Source of the DNA: Lysobacter sp.
Lineage (GTDB): Bacteria; Pseudomonadota; Gammaproteobacteria; Xanthomonadales; Xanthomonadaceae
DNA length: 64,000 bases
Assembly (NCBI GenBank): GCA_050737695.1
Contig: JBOHYB010000019.1
Span: forward strand, 77 to 64,076
Direction: 5' to 3'
In this document: positions 43,857 to 53,594 of the stretch, piece after piece
How positions within the stretch are numbered: the first letter of the stretch is position 1
Layout: every line of letters starts with the position of its first letter
Notes under the pieces: generated by a model
What the model was told of the DNA's origin: nothing
The model's input: the letters and a program-made list of their open reading frames with translations, nothing else
The model's database searches: none
Program-made: the position numbers and the translations under genes

Positions 43857-44651
43857 ATGACCCCGCAACCCACGATCGGCGACTCGCCACGCATCGCCTT
43901 CCTCGCCAGTGCCGCCGACGAGGCGCAGGCCGCGCGCGCGCAACTGCTGGCCCGCCACCATGAAGACCATCCGCCCGAGGATGCCGACGTGCTGATCGCG
44001 CTCGGCGGCGACGGCTTCATGCTGCAGACCCTGCATCGCCACGGCGGCCTCGGCAAGCCGGTGTACGGGATGAAGCTGGGCACGATTGGTTTCCTGATGA
44101 ACCACCTCGCGTTCGATGGCCTGCTCGAGCGCATCCATGCCGCCGAGCCGGCGGTGCTGCGACCGCTGGAGATGCTGGTGCAGACCGAGTCCGGCACCAC
44201 CGTCGGGTCGCTGGCCTACAACGAAGTGTCGCTGCTGCGCCAGACCCGCCAGGCCGCACACGTCTCGATCGAACTCAACGGCCAGGTCCGGCTCGACGAG
44301 CTGATCTGCGACGGCGTGCTGGTCGCCACCCCAGCGGGCAGCACCGCCTACAACTTCTCCGCACACGGACCGATCCTGCCGCTGGGCACCAATGTCGTTG
44401 CGCTGACCTCGATCGCCGCGTTCCGCCCCCGGCGCTGGCGCGGCGCCGTGCTCAAGGCCGACACCGAGATCCGCTTCCGCGTGCTCGATCCCTACAAGCG
44501 CCCGGTCAGCGCCACCGCCGATTCGCACGAGGTCCGCGACGTGGTCGAGGTCATGATCCGCGAGTCGCACGACCGCACCGTGACCCTGCTGTTCGACCCC
44601 GAGCATAATCTTGAGGAGCGGATGCTGGCGGAGCAGTTCACCAGCGGCTGA
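43857..44651 (+). CDS. nadK: NAD kinase
   Basis: Start MTPQP (43857); [14 protein letters not shown] motifs. Confidence 0.92.
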   Translation: MTPQPTIGDSPRIAFLASAADEAQAARAQLLARHHEDHPPEDADVLIALGGDGFMLQTLHRHGGLGKPVYGMKLGTIGFLMNHLAFDGLLERIHAAEPAVLRPLEMLVQTESGTTVGSLAYNEVSLLRQTRQAAHVSIELNGQVRLDELICDGVLVATPAGSTAYNFSAHGPILPLGTNVVALTSIAAFRPRRWRGAVLKADTEIRFRVLDPYKRPVSATADSHEVRDVVEVMIRESHDRTVTLLFDPEHNLEERMLAEQFTSG

Positions 44652-44688
44652 GTCATTGGGTCTCCGTGCCCTTGGATCTTCGGGCTTT

Positions 44689-44766
44689 TGTAGGAGCGGC
44701 TTCAGCCGCGATCTGAAGTCGGCGCGGGCGACCGATTACCCGATCGCGGCTGAAGCCGCTCCTACA
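44689..44766. repeat. REP doublet 6
   Basis: Perfect inverted 25-nt arms. Confidence 0.93.
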
Positions 44767-44827
44767 AAAGTCCAGCATTCCTGGGCGCGTCGCAGTCGAT
44801 GCGACCACAACCGGGCAAAATGGGTCC

Positions 44828-45754
44828 ATGCCGGACAGCCAAGCCAATCCGCTGATCGTCGCGATTTCCTCGCGCACCCTGTTCGACCTGGAGGACAGCC
44901 ATGCCCTGTTCGAACGCGAGGGGCTGGATGCCTACGCCGCATTCCAGCGCAGCCACGAGGACGATTTGCTGCAGCCGGGCATCGCCTTCCCGCTGGTGCG
45001 CAAGCTGCTCGGCCTCAACGACGGATCGCCACCGGAAGCGCCGCGGGTCGAGGTGATCCTGATCTCGCGCAACTCGGCCGACACCGGCCTTCGCATCTTC
45101 AACTCGATCGCCCACCACGGGCTGTCGATCAAGCGCGCGGCATTCAGCAACGGGGCGCCGCCGTTCCCCTACATCCGACCGTTCGGCGCCGACCTGTTCC
45201 TGTCGACCCACGGCGAGGACGTGCGCAGCGCGCTGGCCGCCGGGGTGGCGGCGGCGACATTGTTGCCCGGCGCGCTCCTCTCACCACGCGCGCCGCATCA
45301 TCGACCCGACCAGCTCCGCATCGCCTTCGACGGCGACGCAGTGATCTTCGGCGACGAAAGCGAGCGGGTTTCGCGTGAAGGCGGCCTGGCGGCATTCTCG
45401 GAATACGAGCGCAGCCACGCCGGCGAGCCGTTGTCGGGCGGACCGTTCCGCGGTTTCCTCGATGCCCTGCATCTGTTGCAGGCGGCGTTCCCGACCGGCG
45501 AGGATTCGCCGATCCGCACCGCGCTGGTCACCGCGCGTTCGGTGCCGGCACACGAACGGGTGATCCGCACCCTGCGCGAGTGGGGGATCCGGCTGGACGA
45601 GGCGCTGTTCCTCGGCGGGCGCTCGAAAGGGCCGTTCCTGGAGGCATTCGGTGCCGACATCTTCTTCGACGACTCCGAGCACAACATCGAGTCGGCGCGT
45701 GGCCTGGTGACCGCCGGGCATGTGCCGCACGGGGTGGCGAATCCCAAGAAGTAG
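44828..45754 (+). CDS. 5'-nucleotidase (cN-I-like family)
   Basis: AISSRTLFDL, SRNSADTGLR, IAFDGDAV, LVTARS, FFDD (HAD-like). Confidence 0.88.
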   Translation: MPDSQANPLIVAISSRTLFDLEDSHALFEREGLDAYAAFQRSHEDDLLQPGIAFPLVRKLLGLNDGSPPEAPRVEVILISRNSADTGLRIFNSIAHHGLSIKRAAFSNGAPPFPYIRPFGADLFLSTHGEDVRSALAAGVAAATLLPGALLSPRAPHHRPDQLRIAFDGDAVIFGDESERVSREGGLAAFSEYERSHAGEPLSGGPFRGFLDALHLLQAAFPTGEDSPIRTALVTARSVPAHERVIRTLREWGIRLDEALFLGGRSKGPFLEAFGADIFFDDSEHNIESARGLVTAGHVPHGVANPKK

Positions 45755-45771
45755 CGCGGAAGCCAAGCTCT

Positions 45772-45848
45772 TGTAGGAGCGGCTTTAGCCGAGATCTGAA
45801 ACCGTCGGTCCGAACCGATTCCCGATCGCGGCTAAAGCCGCTCCTACA
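45772..45848. repeat. REP doublet 7
   Basis: Inverted arms between convergent genes. Confidence 0.92.
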
Positions 45849-45860
45849 GAAGCGATGCCG

Positions 45861-46421
45861 TTACCGATGGGGATTTGGTTCATCGCCCAGCGGCAAGCGG
45901 ATATCCGTCAGCTTCCACTCCAGCCCCTGGCGGCTCAGGACAAAGGTGACGGGGTCGCCATCCTCGTCCTCGATGGTGGCGGTGAACCGCGACAGCGATT
46001 CGAACCCATAGCTGGCGTCGCGCAGGCGGTCCGGCGTCGGGGCCGTCTCGTAGGTGTTGTCGGTGATGCCGCCGCCGCTGGTCCGGTGCCAGATCGAACG
46101 GCCCTCCATCAAGGCACCAATGCCCGCGGGCGTCACCATCGTGTCGACCATGCCGCCGGCGATCCCGCTGGCAATCCGCACCGCGAACGCGCCGAGCAGG
46201 CTCGACTGCACGTCGACGCCCGCCTTGCGGATCACGTAGTCGTCGATCTGGAGCTTGAGGTTGCCGCGCAGCGTCGGGAAGTCCACGTGCTCCGCCAACT
46301 CGGCGGTGTCCTGCGCCTGCACCGCCTCGCGGATCGCGTTGTAGGCGATGAACGGACCGGCGGCGACGTAGCCCAGCAACAACACCGCAACGAGGGCGGT
46401 CAAGGCGATCCACTTCTTCAT
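45861..46421 (-). CDS. DUF2939-like membrane-anchored protein
   Basis: N-terminal TM, then AGPF....I..A....D...L..HVDFP.LR.NLK; C-terminal WKLTDIRLP. Confidence 0.75.
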   Translation of the reverse strand: MKKWIALTALVAVLLLGYVAAGPFIAYNAIREAVQAQDTAELAEHVDFPTLRGNLKLQIDDYVIRKAGVDVQSSLLGAFAVRIASGIAGGMVDTMVTPAGIGALMEGRSIWHRTSGGGITDNTYETAPTPDRLRDASYGFESLSRFTATIEDEDGDPVTFVLSRQGLEWKLTDIRLPLGDEPNPHR

Positions 46422-46422
46422 C

Positions 46423-47109
46423 TCAGAACTCCAGGTCGAGCGCCGCGCAGAGGTAATCGACGAACGGGGCGAGGGTGGCGAGGTCGGTCTGCAGTGTTTT
46501 CAGCAGGCGCGGCCCGGTCACCAGGGTGTCGTCGAGGAGGCGGGTCGCGACGAAGTTCTTGCGTCGCAGGTCGTCGGCGAATTCGAACTCGGGCGGGAAG
46601 CCGCGCGGCATCCGCACCAGCATCTCGCTGTCGTCGAGATCGAAGCGGCGGCGCAGGCGCTGGCCGTGTGCGGCGGCGTCCCAGCTGGCCGGGTTGTCGA
46701 GGATGAAGTGCCGCACCCGCCGCACGGTATCGGCCCCCGGGTGCCACAGGCCGGCGCCGACGAAGCAGTTGCCGCCTTGCAGATGCAGGTAGAACGACGG
46801 AGCCTCGACCTCGCGTCGGCGCTCGTGGAACAGGCGCGCGCCCTGCCAGGACTTGTAGGGCGACTTGTCGTTGGCGAAGCGGGTGTCGCGCTGGATCCGG
46901 AACAACGAGCCGCCGATGGCTTTCGGGTCGGCGCGGAAGTGCGGACTGACCCCGGCGACGATCGGTTGCAGGTCGGTCAGCAGGCGTTGGAACGGGCCGC
47001 GCACATGGGCTTCGTAGTCGGCCTTGTGGGCGTGGAACCAGTCGCGGTTGTTGTTGCGTGCCAGGCTGCGCAGGAACTTGAAGCTGGCGGGGGTGAAGTA
47101 GGTCGGCAT
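46423..47109 (-). CDS. DUF2461 (TIGR02453-like) protein
   Basis: FLRSLARNNNRDWF, FRIQRDTRF..DKSPYK, GAGLWHP. Confidence 0.85.
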   Translation of the reverse strand: MPTYFTPASFKFLRSLARNNNRDWFHAHKADYEAHVRGPFQRLLTDLQPIVAGVSPHFRADPKAIGGSLFRIQRDTRFANDKSPYKSWQGARLFHERRREVEAPSFYLHLQGGNCFVGAGLWHPGADTVRRVRHFILDNPASWDAAAHGQRLRRRFDLDDSEMLVRMPRGFPPEFEFADDLRRKNFVATRLLDDTLVTGPRLLKTLQTDLATLAPFVDYLCAALDLEF

Positions 47110-47146
47110 GGGACTATCGTAGCGCGGCCTCGCAGGACTGTTTTTC

Positions 47147-47224
47147 TGTAGGAGCGGCTTCAGCCGCGATCTGGAATCGGCGCGGGCGACCGACTCTCCG
47201 ATCGCGGCTAAAGCCGCTCCTACA
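47147..47224. repeat. REP doublet 8
   Basis: Inverted arms 13 nt from the sbcB stop. Confidence 0.93.
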
Positions 47225-47237
47225 ACAGCCCGAGGCC

Positions 47238-48680
47238 TCAGGCGAGGCTGTGTTCGATGTCGCGGCGCCAGCTGTCAAGCTGCTTCAACAGGGTGAGTCG
47301 GACCGGATCGTTGGCGTGGGTTACGCGCAGCTCGGCCAGCTCGGCGTCGAAGCGGGCAAAGCCATACTCGGCCAATCCATCGTCGCCACGCAGGCGCTGG
47401 CGTCGATAGTCGTCCCAGCGGGCGTGCTCGCTGGTCGACAGCGTCCCGGGCCAGTTGCGGGCCCGGTAGCGGAACAGCAGTTCCGGCAGGCGCGCGTCAC
47501 GGAAGCCGAATGTGGCCGCGCCCAACGCTTCGGGCGGGGTGCTGCGTACGCTCGGGAACAGGCGCTTGTCGCTGTCGCCGATGAAGGCATCGTAGAGGCT
47601 GGCGTCGACATCGCCGGGGCGATGCTCGCGTTCGCGGGCGAATACCTGGCGGACCTTCTCGACCAGCGACGGCCCTGCGGCGCGCAGGCGGGCGGCGTTG
47701 GCTTCGGCCTGCACCGGGTCGATCCCGAGCCGTTGGAAATCCTCGCTGCGCAGGTGTTCCCAGGCCGACAGCGCCGGGCTGCGGTTGAGGTGAACCTCTT
47801 TCAGCGCCACGCGTTCCTCGCCCTCGGCAAGGTCGGCGGCGCGCACATACAGGCGCGCGGCGATGGCTTCCGCATCGAGGTCGAGCAGGGCCCGCGGGTC
47901 CTGGGTCAGGTCGAACACGATCACCCGGTTGTCGATATGCGGGTGTCGCGCCAGCGGGATCACCGGCGCGGCGCACATGCGACTGGCGGGGAAACGTTGT
48001 GAGACGTTCAGCACCGGCGTCATCGCCACGGTGTCGAGCAGGCTGGCGGCATGGCGCTTGTCGCGCAGGCGCAGCGCGTAATCCCACAGCTTCGGTTGTG
48101 CCGTCTTGAGCTTGCGGGCGAGCCCGATCAGGGCACGTACGTCCGACAACGCCTCGTGGGCATCGCCTTCACGCACGTCGTTGGCCTCAGCCAGGTGTTC
48201 CAGCTTGAACGATGGCGTTCCGTCCTCGCGTTTCGGCCAGACCAGTCCGTCCGGGCGCAGGGCGTGGGCGAAGCGGAGTACGTCGAGCAGGTCCCAGCGC
48301 GAGTTGCCGCCGCGCCATTCGCGTTCGTAGGCGTCGAAGAAGTTGCGAAACAACCCGTAGCGGACGAATTCGTCGTCGAAGCGTAGCGAGTTGTAGCCGA
48401 GGCTGCAGGTTTCCGGTCGCGACATCTCGTCGAAGATCAGTGCGAACGCGGCGGCTTCGGTCACGCCCTCGCGCTGGGCATGCTGCGGGGTGATACCGGT
48501 GATCAGGGTCGCGGTCGGCGAGGGCAGCAGGTCGTCGGCCGGCTTGGCGAAGATGCTGATCGGCTCGTCGACCGGGTTGAGGTCGGTATCCGTGCGGATC
48601 GCGGCGAACTGGGCGATGCGGCTGGTGCGCGGGTCGGTGCCGAAGGTTTCGAGGTCGTAGAACAGGAAGCTGGCGGGCAT
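47238..48680 (-). CDS. sbcB: Exodeoxyribonuclease I
   Basis: FYDLETFG (Exo I), GYNSLRFDDE (Exo II), SFKLEHL, HEALSDV (Exo III), LNRSP. Confidence 0.95.
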   Translation of the reverse strand: MPASFLFYDLETFGTDPRTSRIAQFAAIRTDTDLNPVDEPISIFAKPADDLLPSPTATLITGITPQHAQREGVTEAAAFALIFDEMSRPETCSLGYNSLRFDDEFVRYGLFRNFFDAYEREWRGGNSRWDLLDVLRFAHALRPDGLVWPKREDGTPSFKLEHLAEANDVREGDAHEALSDVRALIGLARKLKTAQPKLWDYALRLRDKRHAASLLDTVAMTPVLNVSQRFPASRMCAAPVIPLARHPHIDNRVIVFDLTQDPRALLDLDAEAIAARLYVRAADLAEGEERVALKEVHLNRSPALSAWEHLRSEDFQRLGIDPVQAEANAARLRAAGPSLVEKVRQVFAREREHRPGDVDASLYDAFIGDSDKRLFPSVRSTPPEALGAATFGFRDARLPELLFRYRARNWPGTLSTSEHARWDDYRRQRLRGDDGLAEYGFARFDAELAELRVTHANDPVRLTLLKQLDSWRRDIEHSLA

Positions 48681-48715
48681 GGCGCGATCCTTCGATAACG
48701 GGAGGTATGGCCCTC

Positions 48716-48791
48716 CGTAGGAGCGGCTTTAGCCGCGATCTGGAACCGTGCGCCCATCCGACTTCAGATCGCGGCTAAAGCCGCTCCTACA
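48716..48791. repeat. REP doublet 9 (overlaps the kmo stop)
   Basis: CGTAGGAGCGGCTTTAGCCGCGATC...GATCGCGGCTAAAGCCGCTCCTACA. Confidence 0.92.
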
Positions 48792-50181
48792 AATGCGTGC
48801 CGGATTCGGCGGGCAGCGGCGGGAGGCGGGCGCGGATGACGGCATCGACAGCATCCCAGTCCAGGCTGTCGAGGCTTTCGTGCCCGCGGGTCAACTCGAC
48901 CAGCAACTCGCGCTGCAGGTCGCCGCGCTGCAGGGCGACGGCGTAGGGCAGGTGGCGGAAGGTGACCATCGCGTAACGCGGGACGAAGCGGTCCGGGTGG
49001 CGGTCGGCGAGCTTGTGCTCCAGTTCGCGCTGCAGCAGGTAGTCGTCGTCGTCGACGCGGTCGCGCATTTCCAGGTAGTTTTCCAGCGCCATGTGCTGGA
49101 TCGCGCGGGCGTTGGGCAGGCGTTCGGCCTGGAACGCGGCGAACGCGGCGGCGCGGTCAGGGGTCTTGTCTAGGTGCTCGGCCAGCGCCACGCAGTCCTC
49201 GAACGCGCAGTTCATGCCCTGTCCGTGGAACGGCACCATCGCGTGGGCGGCGTCGCCGACCAGCACGGCGCGGTCGTCGAGGTGCCAGCGGTCGAGATAC
49301 AGGGTGCCGAGGATTCCGGTCGGGTTGTGGTCGAAATCGCGCTCGAGATCGGGGATCAATCGCGAGGTGTCGGGGAATTCGCGATCGAACAAGGCGCGCG
49401 CCTCCACGCCGGTGCGCACGGTGTCGAACCCTGGAACGCCGGCGTCCGGTTCGGCCCGGTTCGGAAGAAACAGCGTGACGGTGAAGGTCGATTCGTCGTT
49501 CGGCAATGCGATGCACATGTAGCGGCCGCGCGGCCAGATGTGCAGCGCGTTGGCTTCCATCCGGAAGCTGCCGTCGGAGGCCGGCGGGATCTCCAGTTCC
49601 TTGTAGGAATGATCGAGGAAATCGGTGCGGCCGTCGGTTCCGGTCTCGCGCGCCATCGCGCCGCGCAGCACCGAACCGGCGCCGTCTGCACCGACCAGGG
49701 TCTGGAACGACACCGCGCGTTCGCTGCTGTCGTGCTCGTCGCCGAAATGGGCGATGCGCCGGTCGAAATCGACGCGATCCAGGCGATGGTGGAAATGCAC
49801 TCTGGCGCCGGCCCGCTCGGCGATATCGAGCAGCACCTGGTTGAGTTCGCCGCGGTGGACCGACCAGATCACTTCGCTGTCGTCGCGTCCGTAGCGTTGC
49901 AGGTCGGTGCGGCCGTCGGCGAAATGGACCATGCGTCCGCGCATCATCACCGCCTGCGCCATTACCGCGTCGTCGGCATCAGCCTGGCGCAGGGCATGGC
50001 GACCGCGCTCGGCCAGGGCGAGGTTGATCGATCGGCCGCGTTCGAGGTCCCGCTCGCGCGGGTCGCTGCGCTTTTCGTGGACGTCGACCTGCCAACCGCG
50101 GCGGGCCAGCAGGGTGGCGAGCAGGGCGCCCGCGAGGCCGGCGCCGATGATGGTGAGGTGCCTGGGATTGTCAGCCTGCAA
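48787..50181 (-). CDS. kmo: Kynurenine 3-monooxygenase
   Basis: GAGLAG, GRSINLALAERG, YKELEIP, LHIWPR, GDAAHAMVPFHGQGMNCAFED; TTG start. Confidence 0.93.
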   Translation of the reverse strand: MQADNPRHLTIIGAGLAGALLATLLARRGWQVDVHEKRSDPRERDLERGRSINLALAERGRHALRQADADDAVMAQAVMMRGRMVHFADGRTDLQRYGRDDSEVIWSVHRGELNQVLLDIAERAGARVHFHHRLDRVDFDRRIAHFGDEHDSSERAVSFQTLVGADGAGSVLRGAMARETGTDGRTDFLDHSYKELEIPPASDGSFRMEANALHIWPRGRYMCIALPNDESTFTVTLFLPNRAEPDAGVPGFDTVRTGVEARALFDREFPDTSRLIPDLERDFDHNPTGILGTLYLDRWHLDDRAVLVGDAAHAMVPFHGQGMNCAFEDCVALAEHLDKTPDRAAAFAAFQAERLPNARAIQHMALENYLEMRDRVDDDDYLLQRELEHKLADRHPDRFVPRYAMVTFRHLPYAVALQRGDLQRELLVELTRGHESLDSLDWDAVDAVIRARLPPLPAESGTHL

Positions 50182-50218
50182 TGACGTTCGCCTTTTCAGT
50201 CAGCGGGAGCTGGGCGGT

Positions 50219-51499
50219 TCAGAGGGTATCGCGCCAGGTCATGGTCGCCTGGACGAAGCGCAGGACATCCTCGTGGGTGTTGTACAGCGGCGCGGGCGAG
50301 ATGCGGATCACGTCTGGCTCGCGCCAGTCGCCAAGCACGCCGTTGTCGGACAGGTATCCGAACAGCGCGCGGCCTTGTTCGTGGCCGCCACGGACCCGGA
50401 TCGACAACTGGCACCCGCGGTGTTCCGGGGCCTTCGGCGTCAGCACTTCGAGGATGTCGCCAAGGTGTTGCTCGATCAGCGCCTCCAGGTAGCCAGTCAG
50501 GCGCAGCGACTTGGCCCGCAATGCCGGCATGCCGATGCGGTCGAACAGGTCGAGCGAAGCGCGCAACGGGGCGAGGGCGAGGATCGGCGGGTTGCTGAGT
50601 TGCCAACCCTCGGCACCGGGGGTTGGAACAAACTTCGGGCCCATCTGGAACCGGGTGGCGGCGTCGTGGCCCCACCAGCCGGCGAACCGCGGAACCTCGC
50701 TCGTTGCATGGCGCTCGTGGACGAAGCAGCCGGCGACTGCGCCCGGGCCGCTGTTGAGGTACTTGTAGTGGCACCAGACCGCGAAGTCGGCGCCGCTGTC
50801 GTGCAGGTTCAGTTCGGTGTTGCCGACCGCATGGGCGAGGTCGAGTCCGCACAGTGCGCCGGCGTCGTGCGCCAACCGGGCGATTTCGGCGAGGTCGAAG
50901 GCCTGGCCGGTGCGGTACTGCACGCCGGGCCACAGCACCAAGGCGAGGCGCGGACTGTGCTCCGCGATCGCCGCCGCGATCGCCTCCATCGAGAACAGCC
51001 CGCCGGGCTGGTCGGGCGCGAGTTCGATCAGGTCGGTGGCCGGGTCGAAGCCGTGGAACGCGATCTGCGATTCGACCGCATACCGGTCCGAGGGAAACGA
51101 GCCGGCCTCGACCAGGATCGCCGGACGTTCGGAGGTCGGCCGATAGAAACTGACCATCATCAGGTGCAGGTTGGCGGTGAGCGAGTTCATCGCCACCACT
51201 TCCTGTGGTTGCGCACCGACCAGTCGGGCCAGCGATTCGCTCATCAGGTGGTGGTAGCTCATCCACTGCGAATTGCCGCGGAAGTGGCCCTCGACCGCCT
51301 CCATCGACCACTTGTCGAGCACGTCCTCGACCTGGGCGCGGGCACCGCGCGGTTGCAGGCCCAGCGAGTTGCCGACGAAGTAGGCCTGCTCGCCGTCCCC
51401 GTGGCGCGGGACGTGGAACTCGTCGCGCAGGGTCGGCAGTGGATCGGCGGCATCGAGCGCGCGGGCATGGTCGAGGTTGAGAGAGTTCGGGTCGGTCAT
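50219..51499 (-). CDS. kynU: Kynureninase
   Basis: Start MTDPNSL (51499); GNSLGLQP, MNSLTANLHL, DLAHAVGN, WCHYKYLNSGPG, DWREPDVIR. Confidence 0.95.
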   Translation of the reverse strand: MTDPNSLNLDHARALDAADPLPTLRDEFHVPRHGDGEQAYFVGNSLGLQPRGARAQVEDVLDKWSMEAVEGHFRGNSQWMSYHHLMSESLARLVGAQPQEVVAMNSLTANLHLMMVSFYRPTSERPAILVEAGSFPSDRYAVESQIAFHGFDPATDLIELAPDQPGGLFSMEAIAAAIAEHSPRLALVLWPGVQYRTGQAFDLAEIARLAHDAGALCGLDLAHAVGNTELNLHDSGADFAVWCHYKYLNSGPGAVAGCFVHERHATSEVPRFAGWWGHDAATRFQMGPKFVPTPGAEGWQLSNPPILALAPLRASLDLFDRIGMPALRAKSLRLTGYLEALIEQHLGDILEVLTPKAPEHRGCQLSIRVRGGHEQGRALFGYLSDNGVLGDWREPDVIRISPAPLYNTHEDVLRFVQATMTWRDTL

Positions 51500-51530
51500 G
51501 GAGTCTCGTTCTTGATGATGGCGATGCGCG

Positions 51531-52541
51531 TCAGGCAAAACGCGCCTTCGACAGCCCGAGCCAGTCCAGCGCGGTGCCGTGGTACAGCCGCGCCTGCGCG
51601 GTCTCGTCCAGTTGCAGCGAGGCGATGCCGGCGCCGGGCGCCTGCTCCCCGAGCGGGAACGGATAGTCGGTGCCGAGCATCACCCGGTCGACCCCGCAGG
51701 TGTCGAGCAGGTAGCGCAACGCGGCGTCGTCGGCGACCCAGGAATCGAAATACAAACGGTCCAGGTACTCGCGCGGATTGCGCGGATTGTCGGTCGCGAC
51801 CAGGTCCGGGCGCATGTTGAAGCCATGCTCGATCCGGCCGATGGTGTAGGGGAAGCTGCCACCGCCGTGGGCGAGGCAGATTTTGAGTTTCGGCAGCCGT
51901 TCCAGCACGCCGCCGAAGATCAGGCTGCAGGCCGCGCGCGATTGCTCGGCCGGCATCCCGACCAGCCACGGCAGCCAGTACTTGGGCATGGTGTCGGTGC
52001 CCATCATGTCCCACGGATGCACCAGAATCGCCGCGCCCAGCTCGCTGGCAGCCTGGAAGAATTCGAACAGCTCCGGTGCGTCGAGGTTCCAGTCGCCGAC
52101 ATGGCTGCCGATCTGCACGCCCTGCAGGCCGAGCTGGTCCATGCAGCGCTCCAGCTCCTGGATCGCCAGTCGTGGCGACTGCAGCGGTACGGTGCCGATC
52201 CCGGCGTAGTTGCGCGGATAGTCGCGGCAAGCCTGGGCCATGTGGTCGTTGAGCGCCTGGTGCAGCTCCAACGCGTGGTGCGGCCGCGCCCAGTAGCAGA
52301 ACATCACCGGCACCGTGCTCAGCACCTGGACCTGCACATCGAACTTGGCGTAGTCGTCGATGCGCTCCTGCGGGTCCCAGGTCTTCGACCAGATCTCGCG
52401 GAAGAACTTGCCGTCCTTGTAGATGCGGTGGCGCCCATCCTCGGTGTGGTGGATCACCGGGAAACGCAGGTCGCCGTACTTGCGCGCCAGGTCGGGCCAG
52501 TCGCGCGGCAGGCAGTGGGCGTGGGTGTCGATCTTGAGCAT
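51531..52541 (-). CDS. nbaD: 2-amino-3-carboxymuconate-6-semialdehyde decarboxylase (ACMSD)
   Basis: Start MLKIDTHAH (52541); HPWDM, WLVGMPAE, AHGGGSFP, GTDYPFPLGE. Confidence 0.93.
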   Translation of the reverse strand: MLKIDTHAHCLPRDWPDLARKYGDLRFPVIHHTEDGRHRIYKDGKFFREIWSKTWDPQERIDDYAKFDVQVQVLSTVPVMFCYWARPHHALELHQALNDHMAQACRDYPRNYAGIGTVPLQSPRLAIQELERCMDQLGLQGVQIGSHVGDWNLDAPELFEFFQAASELGAAILVHPWDMMGTDTMPKYWLPWLVGMPAEQSRAACSLIFGGVLERLPKLKICLAHGGGSFPYTIGRIEHGFNMRPDLVATDNPRNPREYLDRLYFDSWVADDAALRYLLDTCGVDRVMLGTDYPFPLGEQAPGAGIASLQLDETAQARLYHGTALDWLGLSKARFA

Positions 52542-52679
52542 TCGTTTCTGTGAGCCTTGTGCTGCAAGGGTTTCCGGTCGTGGTCGGCGCCGGTCCTTCA
52601 ATTTCACCCGCATTGCCACCCCTGTTTGCTGCTCGCTGCCCCGGGGCGCTCGTACGATAACCGACGCCGCCGGGGCGCA

Positions 52680-52760
52680 CGCCTCGCCGATGACCTCGAA
52701 CTGGCGCCCCACCACCGCGCTTTGCACATCGAACGGGCATTTGGCCGACTCAAGCCGCGT
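52680..52760 (-). pseudogene. HEPN/HepT (DUF86-like) toxin remnant
   Basis: (ACG)RLESAKCPFDVQSAVVGRQFEVIGEA resembles MRLE..YL.D..A and AVERQFEIIGEA; start codon appears lost; no RxxxxH motif. Confidence 0.65.
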
Positions 52761-52879
52761 AGATCGCCTCCCGGTGCGCCTGCACCGACAGACGGAAGTA
52801 CGTGGTGGCGGGTGCACAGCGCACCGAGTTGGGTGTGAAGCACGTGCAGGTGTTGCAAAGTGGGCACGGTGGCGTTCAT
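52750..52879 (-). pseudogene. MNT (minimal nucleotidyltransferase) antitoxin remnant
   Basis: N-terminal ..QLGALCTRHHV joined out of frame to C-terminal YFRLSVQAHREAIYAA*; the GS/DxD core is missing; 130 nt. Confidence 0.65.
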
Positions 52880-52932
52880 GGCGTCAAGGGTACGCGGGCT
52901 CAGTGGACGGGCGCGTTTACGACCGCGGCTGC

Positions 52933-53340
52933 TCATGCCGCATCCGGCGTAATCAGTTCAACGGTTGGAAAGTACCCACGGTACCTGCGGGTATCCCGGG
53001 TCAGCAGCGGCCAGCCCATTACGGCCGCATGGGCGCCGATGAAGAAATCCGCCAGCACGTTCTGGCGCGTGCCGCCTTTTCGTCGATAACGCACGAACGC
53101 CTTGCCGGCCAGGAAGAGGGCGGGGCGGGGCAAGTCGGCCAACTGGATTGCCATGCCGGCGAGCGCCTCGTCCAGCGCGTCGTGGCTGTTGAAGGTGAGC
53201 GAGAGCTCGGCATAGATCACTGGGTTGATCGACAAGGCATGCAACTGTGACTGCGCGCGCAACTGGGCGATGGACCAGTCCGCCCAGCTCGGATCGTTCT
53301 CCAGCACGTCGACCAGTACGTTGGTGTCGACCAGCAACAT
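52933..53340 (-). CDS. vapC: PIN-domain toxin
   Basis: LVDTNVL, YAEL, ADFFIGAHA, LLTRD..Y acidic tetrad pattern; 135 aa. Confidence 0.92.
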   Translation of the reverse strand: MLLVDTNVLVDVLENDPSWADWSIAQLRAQSQLHALSINPVIYAELSLTFNSHDALDEALAGMAIQLADLPRPALFLAGKAFVRYRRKGGTRQNVLADFFIGAHAAVMGWPLLTRDTRRYRGYFPTVELITPDAA

Positions 53341-53343
53341 GGC

Positions 53344-53580
53344 TCAGTCGCGCAGCAGGGCCATCAGTTCGTCGCTGCGCCACTTGACCTGTGCCTTGCC
53401 GCGGGCGGTTTCAAAACGGTCGGGACGCTTGCCCGCACGGCGGGTGCCAGCCTTGCGCACCACGATATCGCCGGCCGCGTTGACCGCGAACTCCACCGGA
53501 CTGCCAGGCTCCAGATGGAGGGCATCACGTACCAGCTTTGGGATCGTGACTTGACCCTTGATCGTCATCGTAGTGGCCAT
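53344..53580 (-). CDS. vapB: AbrB/MazE-type antitoxin
   Basis: Start [15 protein letters not shown] (53580) after GGAG; 78 aa; 3 nt before vapC. Confidence 0.9.
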   Translation of the reverse strand: MATTMTIKGQVTIPKLVRDALHLEPGSPVEFAVNAAGDIVVRKAGTRRAGKRPDRFETARGKAQVKWRSDELMALLRD

Positions 53581-53594
53581 GACGGTGCTCCATA

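Noticed and set aside
38518-43890. 1790-aa ORF antisense to gdhB, and similar long shadows (15452-18574, 12010-14340, 32507-34717, 4856-6349)
   Set aside because: Typical stop-poor antisense frames of GC-rich genes; no recognisable motifs; each fully overlaps a confident gene.
44689-48791. Clustered repeats with variable spacers resembling a CRISPR array
   Set aside because: The repeats are inverted pairs separated by whole genes, the spacers resemble each other, and no cas genes are present.
51531-52817. 428-aa extended ACMSD
   Set aside because: Family similarity starts at MLKIDTHAH (52541); the extension is the HEPN remnant plus spacer.
52604-52936. 110-aa ORF coupled to the vapC stop (ATGA)
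   Set aside because: Only its middle matches the MNT N-terminus; the rest is out-of-frame relic sequence. Treated as a pseudogene by-product, though translation is not excluded.
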